From NCBI GenBank assembly GCA_040377305.1, contig JBEIPA010000014.1, positions 1-64,000 on the forward strand: a stretch of DNA of 64,000 nt, given 5' to 3'. The notes under the pieces are model-generated. The model did no database searches. It was given only the letters and a program-made list of their open reading frames with translations, and was not told where the DNA came from. Of this stretch, positions 38,185-47,490 are shown in pieces. The position numbers were made by a program, and so were the translations under genes. Numbering within the stretch: the first letter of the stretch is position 1; the number at the start of each line of letters is the position of its first letter. The stretch comes from Flavobacteriales bacterium. Its GTDB lineage: Bacteria; Bacteroidota; Bacteroidia; Palsa-965.

Positions 38185-39354
38185 ATGAAGAAGTTTTTCA
38201 AGCGAACCGGTCTTGTGTTGTTGGCGATTTTCATGCTCGCGAACCTTTTCATTTTGTTCTCCGGTCGCACTTATCTCTACAAAGGCGTTTGGAATACCTA
38301 CATGCAAGGTCGTTCAGGACCGGCGGTTGATGAATACAGCATTTTTGCGAACAACGAAATCAAAGGCGGCAACCCGAAGCCCTGGCCGATGTCGGTTAAC
38401 TACAACACCAACAAAATTCCGGCAGACATGATTACGAAAATGAGTGAGATTGAAACCGGGTCATTTCTCATCATTCAGCACGATTCCATTTTACACGAAG
38501 AATATTGGGGCGACTTCAGCGACAAGTCGTACACGAACTCATTCTCCATGGCGAAAACGGTGGTGAGCGTTTTGCTCGGTTGTGCCTTGCAGGATGGCTC
38601 AATAAAATCACTCGATCAACCCGTGAGCGATTTTCTTCCGGAATACAAGGAAGGTGATCTTTCGAAAATTACCATTCGTCATCTGGTGAACATGAACTCC
38701 GGAATTGCTTTTGATGAAGACTATGTGGACCCGTTCGCATATCCTGCCGAAGCTTATTACGGAAGCGATTTGCGTTCGCTCACGATGGGATACAGCACGG
38801 TGACGGAAGAACCCGGAAAAACTTTTCGCTACCTCAGTGGCAATTCTCAGCTCCTTGGATTTGTGCTGATGAAAGCAACCGGCAAAACACTTTCACAATA
38901 CGCATCCGAAAAATTGTGGAACCCACTTGGCTGCGAACAGCCTGCTTTCTGGAGTCTCGATGCAGAAGGTGGAAGCGAAAAATCATTCTGCTGCCTCAAC
39001 TCGAATGCGCGCGACTTCGCACGAATCGGTCAGTTGTATCTCGACAGCGGAAAATGGAATGGACAACAAATTGTTCCACTTGAATACGCCGTTGCTTCTA
39101 CGCAACCAACTGGAATGCTGAACCCCGACGGTACTCCTTGTCTCGAATACAGTCAGGCGTGGTGGATGATTCCCGACTACAAAGGACATCACATCTTTTA
39201 CGCACAAGGAATTCTTGGGCAATACGTGCTGGTGATTCCCGACATGGACATGGTTGTTGTTCGTCTCGGTAAACAACGACTCGCTGATGATGCCGATGGG
39301 GTTCCCGCTGATGTTTATTGGTATCTCGATGTGGCCCTCGCGATGGGTCAGTAA
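38185..39354 (+). CDS. Serine hydrolase, beta-lactamase/AmpC-like family
   Basis: SxxK in SFSMAK; FRYLSGNS; ARDFARIGQL; AQGILGQY. Confidence 0.88.
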   Translation: MKKFFKRTGLVLLAIFMLANLFILFSGRTYLYKGVWNTYMQGRSGPAVDEYSIFANNEIKGGNPKPWPMSVNYNTNKIPADMITKMSEIETGSFLIIQHDSILHEEYWGDFSDKSYTNSFSMAKTVVSVLLGCALQDGSIKSLDQPVSDFLPEYKEGDLSKITIRHLVNMNSGIAFDEDYVDPFAYPAEAYYGSDLRSLTMGYSTVTEEPGKTFRYLSGNSQLLGFVLMKATGKTLSQYASEKLWNPLGCEQPAFWSLDAEGGSEKSFCCLNSNARDFARIGQLYLDSGKWNGQQIVPLEYAVASTQPTGMLNPDGTPCLEYSQAWWMIPDYKGHHIFYAQGILGQYVLVIPDMDMVVVRLGKQRLADDADGVPADVYWYLDVALAMGQ

Positions 39355-39480
39355 AACCGATATTCCGATTTACCATTTCCGAATGCGGTTCGGGTCTGAT
39401 ATAAATTTTATCAGCTCATCCAAAACGTGTTCTGAATTGGGCGAAGGAGGAAATCAGCTAATTAATTACATTTGTGCCGT

Positions 39481-39882
39481 ATGAGAAAAGACATTCCAGC
39501 GCCGCAAGTTGAAAACGTTGTAATGGCCGTTGTACTTGAAGAAGATAACGGGCAACCCGTGTGGAATGTTTTTCTGATTAACCTCGACATCGTGCCTATC
39601 ACGAATGTAATTGTGACTTCGCGCGGGTACGGAGAAATTAACGGAGAGAAAAGATCTACTTCAACTCTACGACACTTCTACGAGAATATTCCGGACCTGG
39701 AGTTCACACGCGTCGAGCCTATCATGGAAAACACGTTTGGGCTTACCAATGAATATTGGGTGAGTTTTTTCATAGGCGGTCAGGTGTACGACAAGAAATA
39801 CATTTTCCTTCCCGAGTCCATTACGGAGAAAAACTTCACACAAATTCCTTTGCTGAATGTTGAAGGTGTAATGATAAGATGA
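39481..39882 (+). CDS. Conserved hypothetical protein
   Basis: MRKDIPAP.VENV.MAVV...WNVFLIN...SRGYG...TSTLRH...LTNEYWVSFF...DKKYIF; -7 box at 39467. Confidence 0.8.
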   Translation: MRKDIPAPQVENVVMAVVLEEDNGQPVWNVFLINLDIVPITNVIVTSRGYGEINGEKRSTSTLRHFYENIPDLEFTRVEPIMENTFGLTNEYWVSFFIGGQVYDKKYIFLPESITEKNFTQIPLLNVEGVMIR

Positions 39883-39924
39883 TGAGATGATTGGATGATG
39901 AGATGATAGGATGATGATAGGATG
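39878..39924 (+). repeat. Octamer tandem arm (GATGATNN)x5
   Basis: GATGATGA-GATGATTG-GATGATGA-GATGATAG-GATGATGATAG; contains the upstream stop codon. Confidence 0.8.
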
Positions 39925-39951
39925 GGTTCGTTTCTATAGAAACGAACCCAT
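39922..39951. terminator. Perfect 30-bp palindrome between convergent genes
   Basis: ATGGGTTCGTTTCTA-TAGAAACGAACCCAT; no clear U-tract, so a terminator role is inferred from position. Confidence 0.55.
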
Positions 39952-39996
39952 TGTATTTCCTGATCGTCCCTCATATAGCTAAGGAGCTGTACTGTC

Positions 39997-40371
39997 TTAC
40001 TCAGGCTTGGTGCCTTGATTTTTCGGTGGAGTGCTTTTGCCTTTCCCTTTCTTCGGAGGTTGACTCTTGTCGATTGAATCCTGGCGACGCATTTGTTCTG
40101 CATTGTAAATGGAATCGCGACGTGTGCGATCATACTTGATGCTGTCGTTGCGACGGATTTGCGTCACGCTATCGCGGTAATTAGCATACCGCGTACTGTC
40201 ACTTACCCGTTTCATCTCTGCTTCGCGATTCCGTTCTTCATCAGCTCGCTGCTTATTCTGAAGGTAGGTCGAATCCTGTTTCTTCTTCTTGTTCTTCTCC
40301 TGTGCATTTACTTCTGCACTGATGAAAAGAGCCAGTGTGCCTGCAATCAAAAACTTTATAATCGGTTTCAT
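39997..40371 (-). CDS. Small secreted charged low-complexity protein
   Basis: Signal peptide; repeated R.DS motifs (RDSV, NDSI, RDSI, QDSI). Confidence 0.7.
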   Translation of the reverse strand: MKPIIKFLIAGTLALFISAEVNAQEKNKKKKQDSTYLQNKQRADEERNREAEMKRVSDSTRYANYRDSVTQIRRNDSIKYDRTRRDSIYNAEQMRRQDSIDKSQPPKKGKGKSTPPKNQGTKPE

Positions 40372-40572
40372 AGTTGTTGAGTTTAGATGAGATGCATTGA
40401 AAATTACGTGCCAACAAAAACTGCTGTAAATTCTTCAGATCGTAATAAGTGTATGAGGTCGATATTCCTCACTCTGGGTAATTGAACTAACTACCTGTTC
40501 AATGAATTTCTGCTTTTACGTAATACTTTTTTCGCGGAACTATTTTTGCAAGTCACAACATAAATATTCGTT

Positions 40573-42195
40573 ATGACAGACGATCCGAAAATCCCTGAGC
40601 GCTCAGGCAAAGAAACTTCTGGCGCAAACACTCCTTATTGGGTGGCAAGTGTGCAGCCCTTCTCTACTCGCAAACTCACTCGTGATCTCGAAACAGAAGT
40701 TGTTGTCGTCGGAGGAGGAATTGCCGGTGTGAGCGTTGCGTATAATCTCGCACGCCACGGAGTCAAAGTGGTTCTGGTAGAAGACGGGAATATCGGTAGT
40801 GGCGAAACAGGTCGCACCAGTGCTCACCTCGTTTCTGCGCTCGACGATCGTTACTATGATCTTGAATCAATGTATGGTGAGGAAAGCACGAAAATGATTG
40901 CCGATAGTCACATGCGCGCCATTGAATTCGTAGAATCTGTTTGCGAAACTGAAGCGATCGAGTGTGACTTCGAACGTGTGCCGGGATATTTATTCCTGCA
41001 CCGCAACGACAAACCGGATTCATTACTCAAAGAATATGAAGCTGCGCAAAAAGCAGGACTCGACGTAACCCAACTGACAGACATTCCCGGAGTAAATGAA
41101 GACGGCAACTCTTTGCGGTTCAATCGACAGGCTATATTTCATCCACTCAAATATCTCAAAGGCTTATGTGAGGCCATCATCGAATACGGCGGGGAAATTT
41201 ACACCGACACGCATGCCAATGAAATTAATGGTGACGGAGTTGTAACCGCAGAAGGTCACAAGATTTCTGCGCAGCACATTGTAGTTGCAACGAATACTCC
41301 AGTCAACAACAAGCTCTTACTCCACCTGCGTCAGTATGCATACAGAACGTATATCGTGGGAATGAAAGTGAAAAAAGGCGCAGTACCGAATGCATTATGG
41401 TGGGACACCGGAGATCACGAAGAGAGTAGTCATTTCGCACCATATCACTATGTACGTTTGCAGTCTTATGATGAAACCCATGACATGCTTATTATCGGTG
41501 GAGAAGATCATGCAACTGGTTTGCCTGAAGCGAGCGGATCCGAAATGATACGTTACTCACGACTTGAACAATGGGCACTCAAACGTTACCCGGTTGAAGA
41601 AACGGTTTATCATTGGTCAGGTCAGGTGATGGAAACAATGGATGCGCTTGGCTACATCGGTCACAATCCGCTTGACAAGGAAAACGTGTACATCGTCACC
41701 GGCGATTCCGGAAACGGGTTAACGAATGCAGGAGTTGCAGCCATCCTGCTCACCGCATTGATCATTAAAGGAGAGCATCCCTGGAAGGATCTCTATTCTC
41801 CTGCGCGATTCAAACTGTTCACAGCCGGAAAAGTTTTCATGAAAGAAGTGATTGGAGGTTTGGCGCAATACATGAAAAACAAACCGCACAATACGGAACG
41901 CGATGTGATCGCAGAGATGAATGCAGGCGATGGAAGAATCGTTGAGCTTCACGGACGAAAATATGCGGTGTACAAAGATGATCGCAATCGGCTTCACCTG
42001 GTAAGTTCGGAATGCACACATATCGGATGTCAGGTTAAGTGGAACACCGATGAGAAAACCTGGGATTGTCCATGCCACGGAAGCCGTTTTACATTCGAAG
42101 GAAAAGTGGTGAATGGTCCGGCGAATCGTGATCTGTATTACCATTCAATCAAAACAGAATCGCAGGCTCTCGACAAAGACGAAAATGCTGCATAA
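40573..42195 (+). CDS. FAD-dependent oxidoreductase with C-terminal Rieske [2Fe-2S] domain (YhfW-like)
   Basis: VVGGGIAG; GSGETGRTSAHL; WSGQV; Rieske CTHIGC...WDCPCHGSRF. Confidence 0.92.
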   Translation: MTDDPKIPERSGKETSGANTPYWVASVQPFSTRKLTRDLETEVVVVGGGIAGVSVAYNLARHGVKVVLVEDGNIGSGETGRTSAHLVSALDDRYYDLESMYGEESTKMIADSHMRAIEFVESVCETEAIECDFERVPGYLFLHRNDKPDSLLKEYEAAQKAGLDVTQLTDIPGVNEDGNSLRFNRQAIFHPLKYLKGLCEAIIEYGGEIYTDTHANEINGDGVVTAEGHKISAQHIVVATNTPVNNKLLLHLRQYAYRTYIVGMKVKKGAVPNALWWDTGDHEESSHFAPYHYVRLQSYDETHDMLIIGGEDHATGLPEASGSEMIRYSRLEQWALKRYPVEETVYHWSGQVMETMDALGYIGHNPLDKENVYIVTGDSGNGLTNAGVAAILLTALIIKGEHPWKDLYSPARFKLFTAGKVFMKEVIGGLAQYMKNKPHNTERDVIAEMNAGDGRIVELHGRKYAVYKDDRNRLHLVSSECTHIGCQVKWNTDEKTWDCPCHGSRFTFEGKVVNGPANRDLYYHSIKTESQALDKDENAA

Positions 42196-42655
42196 CGTGC
42201 AATTGGTAAAACTGTTACAGTCGAGAGGCTTGAAGTTGGCGTTGGCTGAAAGCATGACCTGTGGAGAAGCCGCAGGGCGACTTGTTTCAGTGCAGGGGAC
42301 TTCCGAAGTATTGCTTTGCTCCGTGGTGTGTTATCATGAATCAGCGAAAACGTCGTTGCTCAAAGTAAGCCAGCGCATCATCAGGAAATACACTGCCGAA
42401 TCGCAACAAACAACGGATGCAATGGTCATGAAATTGAAGAGGTTGATCAAAGCAGACGTATACGCAGCGATAACCGGTCTTGCATCACCAGGCGGAAGCG
42501 AAACAAAACGCAAACCAGTTGGAACAGTTTTCTTTTCTCTAATTGCAGGAAAGAAATTGCGCCGCGTGAAAAAGAAATTCAACGGCTCACCTTCTGAAAT
42601 AAGAAAAAAGGCTTGCGATTTTGTTTACCGCGAGATGATAACCCAACTGCGATAA
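42185..42655 (+). CDS. CinA-C/PncC family nicotinamide-nucleotide amidohydrolase
   Basis: LALAESMTCG, GTSEV, AITGLASPGG, KPVGTVF. Confidence 0.85.
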   Translation: MLHNVQLVKLLQSRGLKLALAESMTCGEAAGRLVSVQGTSEVLLCSVVCYHESAKTSLLKVSQRIIRKYTAESQQTTDAMVMKLKRLIKADVYAAITGLASPGGSETKRKPVGTVFFSLIAGKKLRRVKKKFNGSPSEIRKKACDFVYREMITQLR

Positions 42656-42661
42656 GAATTG

Positions 42662-43033
42662 TCAATCATTGATGACAAGCATATCCTGCACGTCATACGT
42701 TTTGGGGGTTACCACCACATCAAAACTTCGAACGAAACAGAATAGTTCGCCCCACATGAGTTGTAGCTTCAGCTTACGTACAGGCAATTTGTCTTTCGGA
42801 TAATTTCCGGACTCCTGTGCGTTCTTGTCTACAACGTACAGTGTCACCGTCGGGTGATTTTCCGAAATGTACACTTTCAATGCCACCGGATCATAACGAT
42901 CGGGATCATAATCCGCAACGCCAGCAAGAAATGTGTAGAACGCATTCTGATCATGCAGGTCGAGTGATGCCATTCCGGTAAAATCATGTCCTTCCTTTTC
43001 GAACGGCTGCTCTTTGGTAGTGTGCGGTTTCAT
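42662..43033 (-). CDS. Hypothetical protein
   Basis: 123-aa ORF (DFTG..S.D, YDPDRYDPVA, VTLYVVD, KLPVRKLK). Confidence 0.7.
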   Translation of the reverse strand: MKPHTTKEQPFEKEGHDFTGMASLDLHDQNAFYTFLAGVADYDPDRYDPVALKVYISENHPTVTLYVVDKNAQESGNYPKDKLPVRKLKLQLMWGELFCFVRSFDVVVTPKTYDVQDMLVIND

Positions 43034-43078
43034 TTTGTTTACGGTTAATGTGTTTCACGAATTGGCTTAACGAAAAAT

Positions 43079-43112
43079 AATCCCCGGACCTTTATCGTCG
43101 CGGGGATTTTTT
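43079..43112. terminator. Hairpin with flanking A/T tracts
   Basis: AATCCCCG...CGGGGATTTTTT. Confidence 0.55.
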
Positions 43113-43240
43113 CTACAGGGTTATTAGTGCTGCCACACATCGAAAAAGAGGGCCCTGTAGAATTTTTTGCTGCCGCGTACCCGACCGTTTTTAACCAACC
43201 AACTCTAGGAAAACGATCGGGCATACGCGGAGCTCATTAT

Positions 43241-44689
43241 TTATTTGCGACGATCATTGGTGCGTCGTGAGTTTGATTGTCCCTCGCGTGAAGATGATCC
43301 TCCACGATTTGAAGAACGATTCCGGTCAGAAGACGATGAAGAACGGTTGTCGTCATCGTAACGTGATGTGCGCTCGTCGTTATAACGGCGATCACTGTTG
43401 TCATCATCTTCTGAATAAGATGAACGATTGCTCGAGCGTGTTTCGTAACGGTCATCATCATCGCCGTGGCGACTTGACTCCTGTTGCCATGTGTTGCGAT
43501 TGTCGTTGCCCCACATTCCTCGACGCGAGTTCTCGTCTGAAAATTCATTGTTTCCGCGCTCAGATGAACGGTTGTTCGATCCTTCATAGCCGCCGCTCCA
43601 GTCATTCGTACGTTGCTGGTTCTGGTAACCATCGCCGAAGTACTGATTGCCTTCGTTACGCGTGTTGCTGCGTGAATCGCCACGGTTCCATGAACGATCG
43701 TCATTACCCCAACCTTCTGATTGGTTCATGCCGCTGTTACCGCGTCCACGATTAGTAGACCAGCTACCGTTCCCGCTGTTGCCTTGACGATATTCAGCGT
43801 TTCCGCCGTATCCGTGTCCACCAGAATACTGGTCGCCGCCTTCGTTGCGGCTGGATCCGAAGTTGCGATGCTGATTGTACTCCTGACCTGAACCTTGTTC
43901 TCCGTAACCACCGCGATTGTATTGTGACTGCGATTCATTGCCGCCATAATTCATATTGCCATAGCCCTGGTTGTTGCCACCACCAAACTGCTGGTTGCCT
44001 TGACGATACTGTTGAGTGTCGCCAAAATTCCCACCACCGTGTTGTTGACCGCTTCCGAATTGGTTGTCCTGACGATACTGCTGGTTGCCACCACCAAATT
44101 GTTGGTTGCCCTGACGGTACTGCTGATCATTCCCTTGATTCTGCCAACCCGATTGCTGGTTGTGTGATCCGTATTGCTGGTTGCCACCGAACTGCTGGTA
44201 GCCCTGACGATGCTGCTGATCATTTCCCTGCGAACCATATTGCTCATTGCCCTGCTTGTTCTGGTTACGCGTGCTGTTCTGATCGTCACGACGATTACCT
44301 GAACGCTCGTTATCACCGAAACGTGTTTGCACTTCGTCTTCATCATCTTCACTTTCCTCAGAACCTGAAGTCATGCTGCTGCGCTTTGTGTCGCCCTCAT
44401 TTCTGTTCGACTCCGACTTCTCATTGCGATCAGTAGAAGTAGTCAACTTGCTGTCTTTACCAGCGGTGCTCTTGTTCTCAGTTTCGTAATCAGCGTTTAG
44501 CTTGCCTTCAGTGGAAATAGTGCTTTTGGATGTGGAAGTTGATTCGTCGTCATCTGAAGTGTTCGTCGCGTCCTTCTTGTCAGAAGTAGTCGCTGTTGTG
44601 TCCTTTGTGTCTTTGGCGTTAGACGACGCGTAGCCATATCGCGAAGTTGTATTGTCATCTTCGCGATCCTTTTTGCTCTTGTTGCTCAT
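43241..44689 (-). CDS. Intrinsically disordered Q/N/G/S/R/D-rich (prion-like/hydrophilin) protein
   Basis: About 480 aa almost devoid of aliphatic residues; repeats QQYRQGNQQFGGGN; ATG 44689 preferred. Confidence 0.75.
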   Translation of the reverse strand: MSNKSKKDREDDNTTSRYGYASSNAKDTKDTTATTSDKKDATNTSDDDESTSTSKSTISTEGKLNADYETENKSTAGKDSKLTTSTDRNEKSESNRNEGDTKRSSMTSGSEESEDDEDEVQTRFGDNERSGNRRDDQNSTRNQNKQGNEQYGSQGNDQQHRQGYQQFGGNQQYGSHNQQSGWQNQGNDQQYRQGNQQFGGGNQQYRQDNQFGSGQQHGGGNFGDTQQYRQGNQQFGGGNNQGYGNMNYGGNESQSQYNRGGYGEQGSGQEYNQHRNFGSSRNEGGDQYSGGHGYGGNAEYRQGNSGNGSWSTNRGRGNSGMNQSEGWGNDDRSWNRGDSRSNTRNEGNQYFGDGYQNQQRTNDWSGGYEGSNNRSSERGNNEFSDENSRRGMWGNDNRNTWQQESSRHGDDDDRYETRSSNRSSYSEDDDNSDRRYNDERTSRYDDDNRSSSSSDRNRSSNRGGSSSREGQSNSRRTNDRRK

Positions 44690-44884
44690 AGGTTTGTTTG
44701 TTTTACTTGTGTGTTTTGTTGTGAAAAGGGTCTTGCAGGAATTACGAACGAAAATCCATGCCACTCGAGTTTATAAAACCTTAATCCCGTGATTCACAAC
44801 TAACGAGATGCAACCTCTGAATTTGGTGAGAAAAAGTTTGACGAAAAAAATCCCCGAGTGGGGAATTGTGTTTCGCACAAATAA

Positions 44885-44917
44885 AAAAGGGGTTGCGGAA
44901 ATACCGCAACCCCTTTT
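44885..44917 (-). terminator. Rho-independent terminator of the HYR gene
   Basis: AAAAGGGGTTGCGG-AAATA-CCGCAACCCCTTTT. Confidence 0.85.
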
Positions 44918-44933
44918 AGCAAGAAAAATGATG

Positions 44934-47375
44934 TTATCGCTGAACCTGCAGCGAAGTTGTAGAAACTGTTCCGCTTGTAGAAGTAAACTGAACAACGTAC
45001 ACCCCTGTCGCGAATCCTTCAATGCCGATTTGTGTCTGTGAATCGACAATTGATTTCGTGAGCACAACATTTCCAAGTGCATCCATCATCACCATCGTTC
45101 CTTGTGCAGCGCAACTAAAAGTGAAAGTTGTATTCGCCGGATTTGGGAACAGCGTGAATGCTATCGCACCTGATTCTGTGATGCCGGTACATGGCACAAC
45201 CGCAATTGTGTCTGATCCGAAACCATTACAACCATTTGCGTCAGTGTAAGAATACATCACAGTAAACGTTCCATTGCCTGCTGTAGACGGAGAGAACATA
45301 TTTCCGCTCACTGCAGTCCCACTCCATGTGCCACCCGCAGGTGTACCCGTGAGTGTGTAGTTACCGTCCGTTACACAAACAGTATCCGGTGAAACGGTTG
45401 TTACCACAGGAAGTGGATTCACTGTAATGATGAATGAACAGGAGTCCATGTTTCCAGCTGAATCCATTGCAGCAAATACTGCAGGATAAACTCCAACTGT
45501 TAATGTGCTTCCTGATGTTGGACCGCTCAATTGGGTTACTGATGCACCGCAATTATCTGTAGCTGTCGGTGAATTGAACACAACAACTCCCGGACAAAAC
45601 GTAGCATCCTGCGGACATGATCCGATAATTGGTGCTTCCGTATCATTCACTGTTACCAGTTGTGTACATGTAGAAGAATTGCCACCTGCGTCTGTAACTG
45701 TATGAGTAACTGTAGTTGTTCCCACCGGGAAAACAGACGGAGCATCATTCGTCGAAGTAGTTGTACAATTGTCAGTAATCGTAAGTGAACCCAACTGAAC
45801 ATTGGATGCAGAACACATTCCGGAATCTGTAGAAACGGTTACATCCGAAGGGCAAATTACCACAGGCAGTTCAGTATCAGATACTGTAATTGTGAATGAA
45901 TCTGTATCTATATTTCCGGAAGGATCAGTAGCAACATAAATCACTGTAGTTACTCCTACCGGGAAAGCGTCACCCGAATTAAAATTAGAGCTTAGGGTTG
46001 CAGTGCAATTGTCCTGCGCGTTAGGAAGTGTCCATGTAACAACCGCGGTGCACATGCCGGGATCGTTATTCACTGAGATATTCGCCGGTAAATTAGCAAC
46101 CACCGGTGCTTCATTGTCACTCACCGTAACTGTAAACGAAGATGTGTCGGCGTTTCCGGAAGGATCTGTCGCAATAACATCTACCAGAGTAGTTCCTACC
46201 GGGAAAAAGTCGCCACTGTTCATTGTCGAGGTTATCACGGATGTACAATTGTCCGGTGCTGAAATTGCTGCCCAGGTTACAACTGCGCCACACTGACCTG
46301 CATCATTCGCTTGTGAAATAGCGGATGGTACATTCGCAAGAACGGGTACTTCATTATCAATTACAGTGATGTCAAAGCTGCACGATGCAGTGTTCACACC
46401 GTCAGTGCTCGTGAATGTATTTGTTGTTGTTCCTACCGGGAAAACAGATCCGGAAGGCAGTCCCGCAGTTTGAACAACCGAAGGCGTTCCTGCCGCGTAA
46501 CCAATGATTACTCTGCCGTTTCCTGGGCGAACACCGGTTTGCATCACAACGTTTGTTGCAGCAGGAATTGCATAGCCGCTTCCACCGCCGCCGCCGCGAC
46601 AATTTCCGCTTGCAGCACCACCGTACCAACCGCCACCACCGCCATAAACTTCACAACCACAACCTGTGATTGATCCGCCAAAACCAAAGCCACCTGCACA
46701 TGCAATAACGTTGAAGTTTACACACGTTCCATCAGCACCGCCTCCAATTTGTGTTCCGCCCTTCCCACCGGGATTAGCTGCAAAACTTGGATCACGATAA
46801 CCATCACCGCCGGTCAGACCACCGCCTGCTCCACCCACAACATGCAACGAGCTCCAATAGCCAGCACCACCGCCGCCACCAGCTACAACTACGCGATCAT
46901 TATATGTTATGCCGCCGATACGAACATCTGTTCCACCGCCGCCACCTTTTCCTGCGCCTTCACCGCTTCCGCCGCCGTTAAATCCTCCAGCGGTTGTTGT
47001 TGCTTGCCCACCAACAAAAATGTACAGAGTTGATCCCGGAGTAACGGCAACATCAGCTGCAACATATCCGCCCAGGTTGGTATTGTTTATCCAGTTAGAG
47101 CCGCCCTGTGCGCCCCACGTCTGAATAGTAACAGATGTTACGTTAGGCGGAACCACAAACGTTTCCATCGCGCCCGTGTAATCAAATGTGTCCAGGTTTG
47201 CGGCCGGACAAGTGTAAGCCGTAACAGCCGGTGTTGTGTAATTCACAACCGCACCACACGTTCCTGCGTCGTTACTTACCGTCGTGTTGCTATTACAGGA
47301 AATTTGTAAGCATTGTGCAGAAGCACTCACGCAGATTGTTGTTGCGACGAGCACTGTGTAAAGTTTTTTACTCAT
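44934..47375 (-). CDS. T9SS-secreted protein with glycine-rich domain and HYR repeats
   Basis: Signal peptide; FDYTG..ETFVVP..WGAQGG Gly-rich domain; about 5 HYR repeats (FPVGTT...ATDPSGN); CTD LFPNPA...GVYVV. Confidence 0.88.
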   Translation of the reverse strand: MSKKLYTVLVATTICVSASAQCLQISCNSNTTVSNDAGTCGAVVNYTTPAVTAYTCPAANLDTFDYTGAMETFVVPPNVTSVTIQTWGAQGGSNWINNTNLGGYVAADVAVTPGSTLYIFVGGQATTTAGGFNGGGSGEGAGKGGGGGTDVRIGGITYNDRVVVAGGGGGAGYWSSLHVVGGAGGGLTGGDGYRDPSFAANPGGKGGTQIGGGADGTCVNFNVIACAGGFGFGGSITGCGCEVYGGGGGWYGGAASGNCRGGGGGSGYAIPAATNVVMQTGVRPGNGRVIIGYAAGTPSVVQTAGLPSGSVFPVGTTTNTFTSTDGVNTASCSFDITVIDNEVPVLANVPSAISQANDAGQCGAVVTWAAISAPDNCTSVITSTMNSGDFFPVGTTLVDVIATDPSGNADTSSFTVTVSDNEAPVVANLPANISVNNDPGMCTAVVTWTLPNAQDNCTATLSSNFNSGDAFPVGVTTVIYVATDPSGNIDTDSFTITVSDTELPVVICPSDVTVSTDSGMCSASNVQLGSLTITDNCTTTSTNDAPSVFPVGTTTVTHTVTDAGGNSSTCTQLVTVNDTEAPIIGSCPQDATFCPGVVVFNSPTATDNCGASVTQLSGPTSGSTLTVGVYPAVFAAMDSAGNMDSCSFIITVNPLPVVTTVSPDTVCVTDGNYTLTGTPAGGTWSGTAVSGNMFSPSTAGNGTFTVMYSYTDANGCNGFGSDTIAVVPCTGITESGAIAFTLFPNPANTTFTFSCAAQGTMVMMDALGNVVLTKSIVDSQTQIGIEGFATGVYVVQFTSTSGTVSTTSLQVQR

Positions 47376-47490
47376 TTTTTTCTGATTTGAGTTCTCGAAT
47401 TCATTAATCGTCCCAACTGTTAAAGTCGGGGTCGGTTTCATGTTAGAATATTAGCCTGTGCAATTTAGCCCAATTTCTCCAACTGAAAAC

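Noticed and set aside
38185-39354. Antibiotic-resistance beta-lactamases (this gene and the MBL at 21418)
   Set aside because: Motifs fit broad serine-hydrolase and NAPE-PLD-like families; fold alone does not support a resistance call.
43237-44436. Several alternative-frame ORFs over the low-complexity gene
   Set aside because: Expected by-product of repetitive, stop-poor codon usage.
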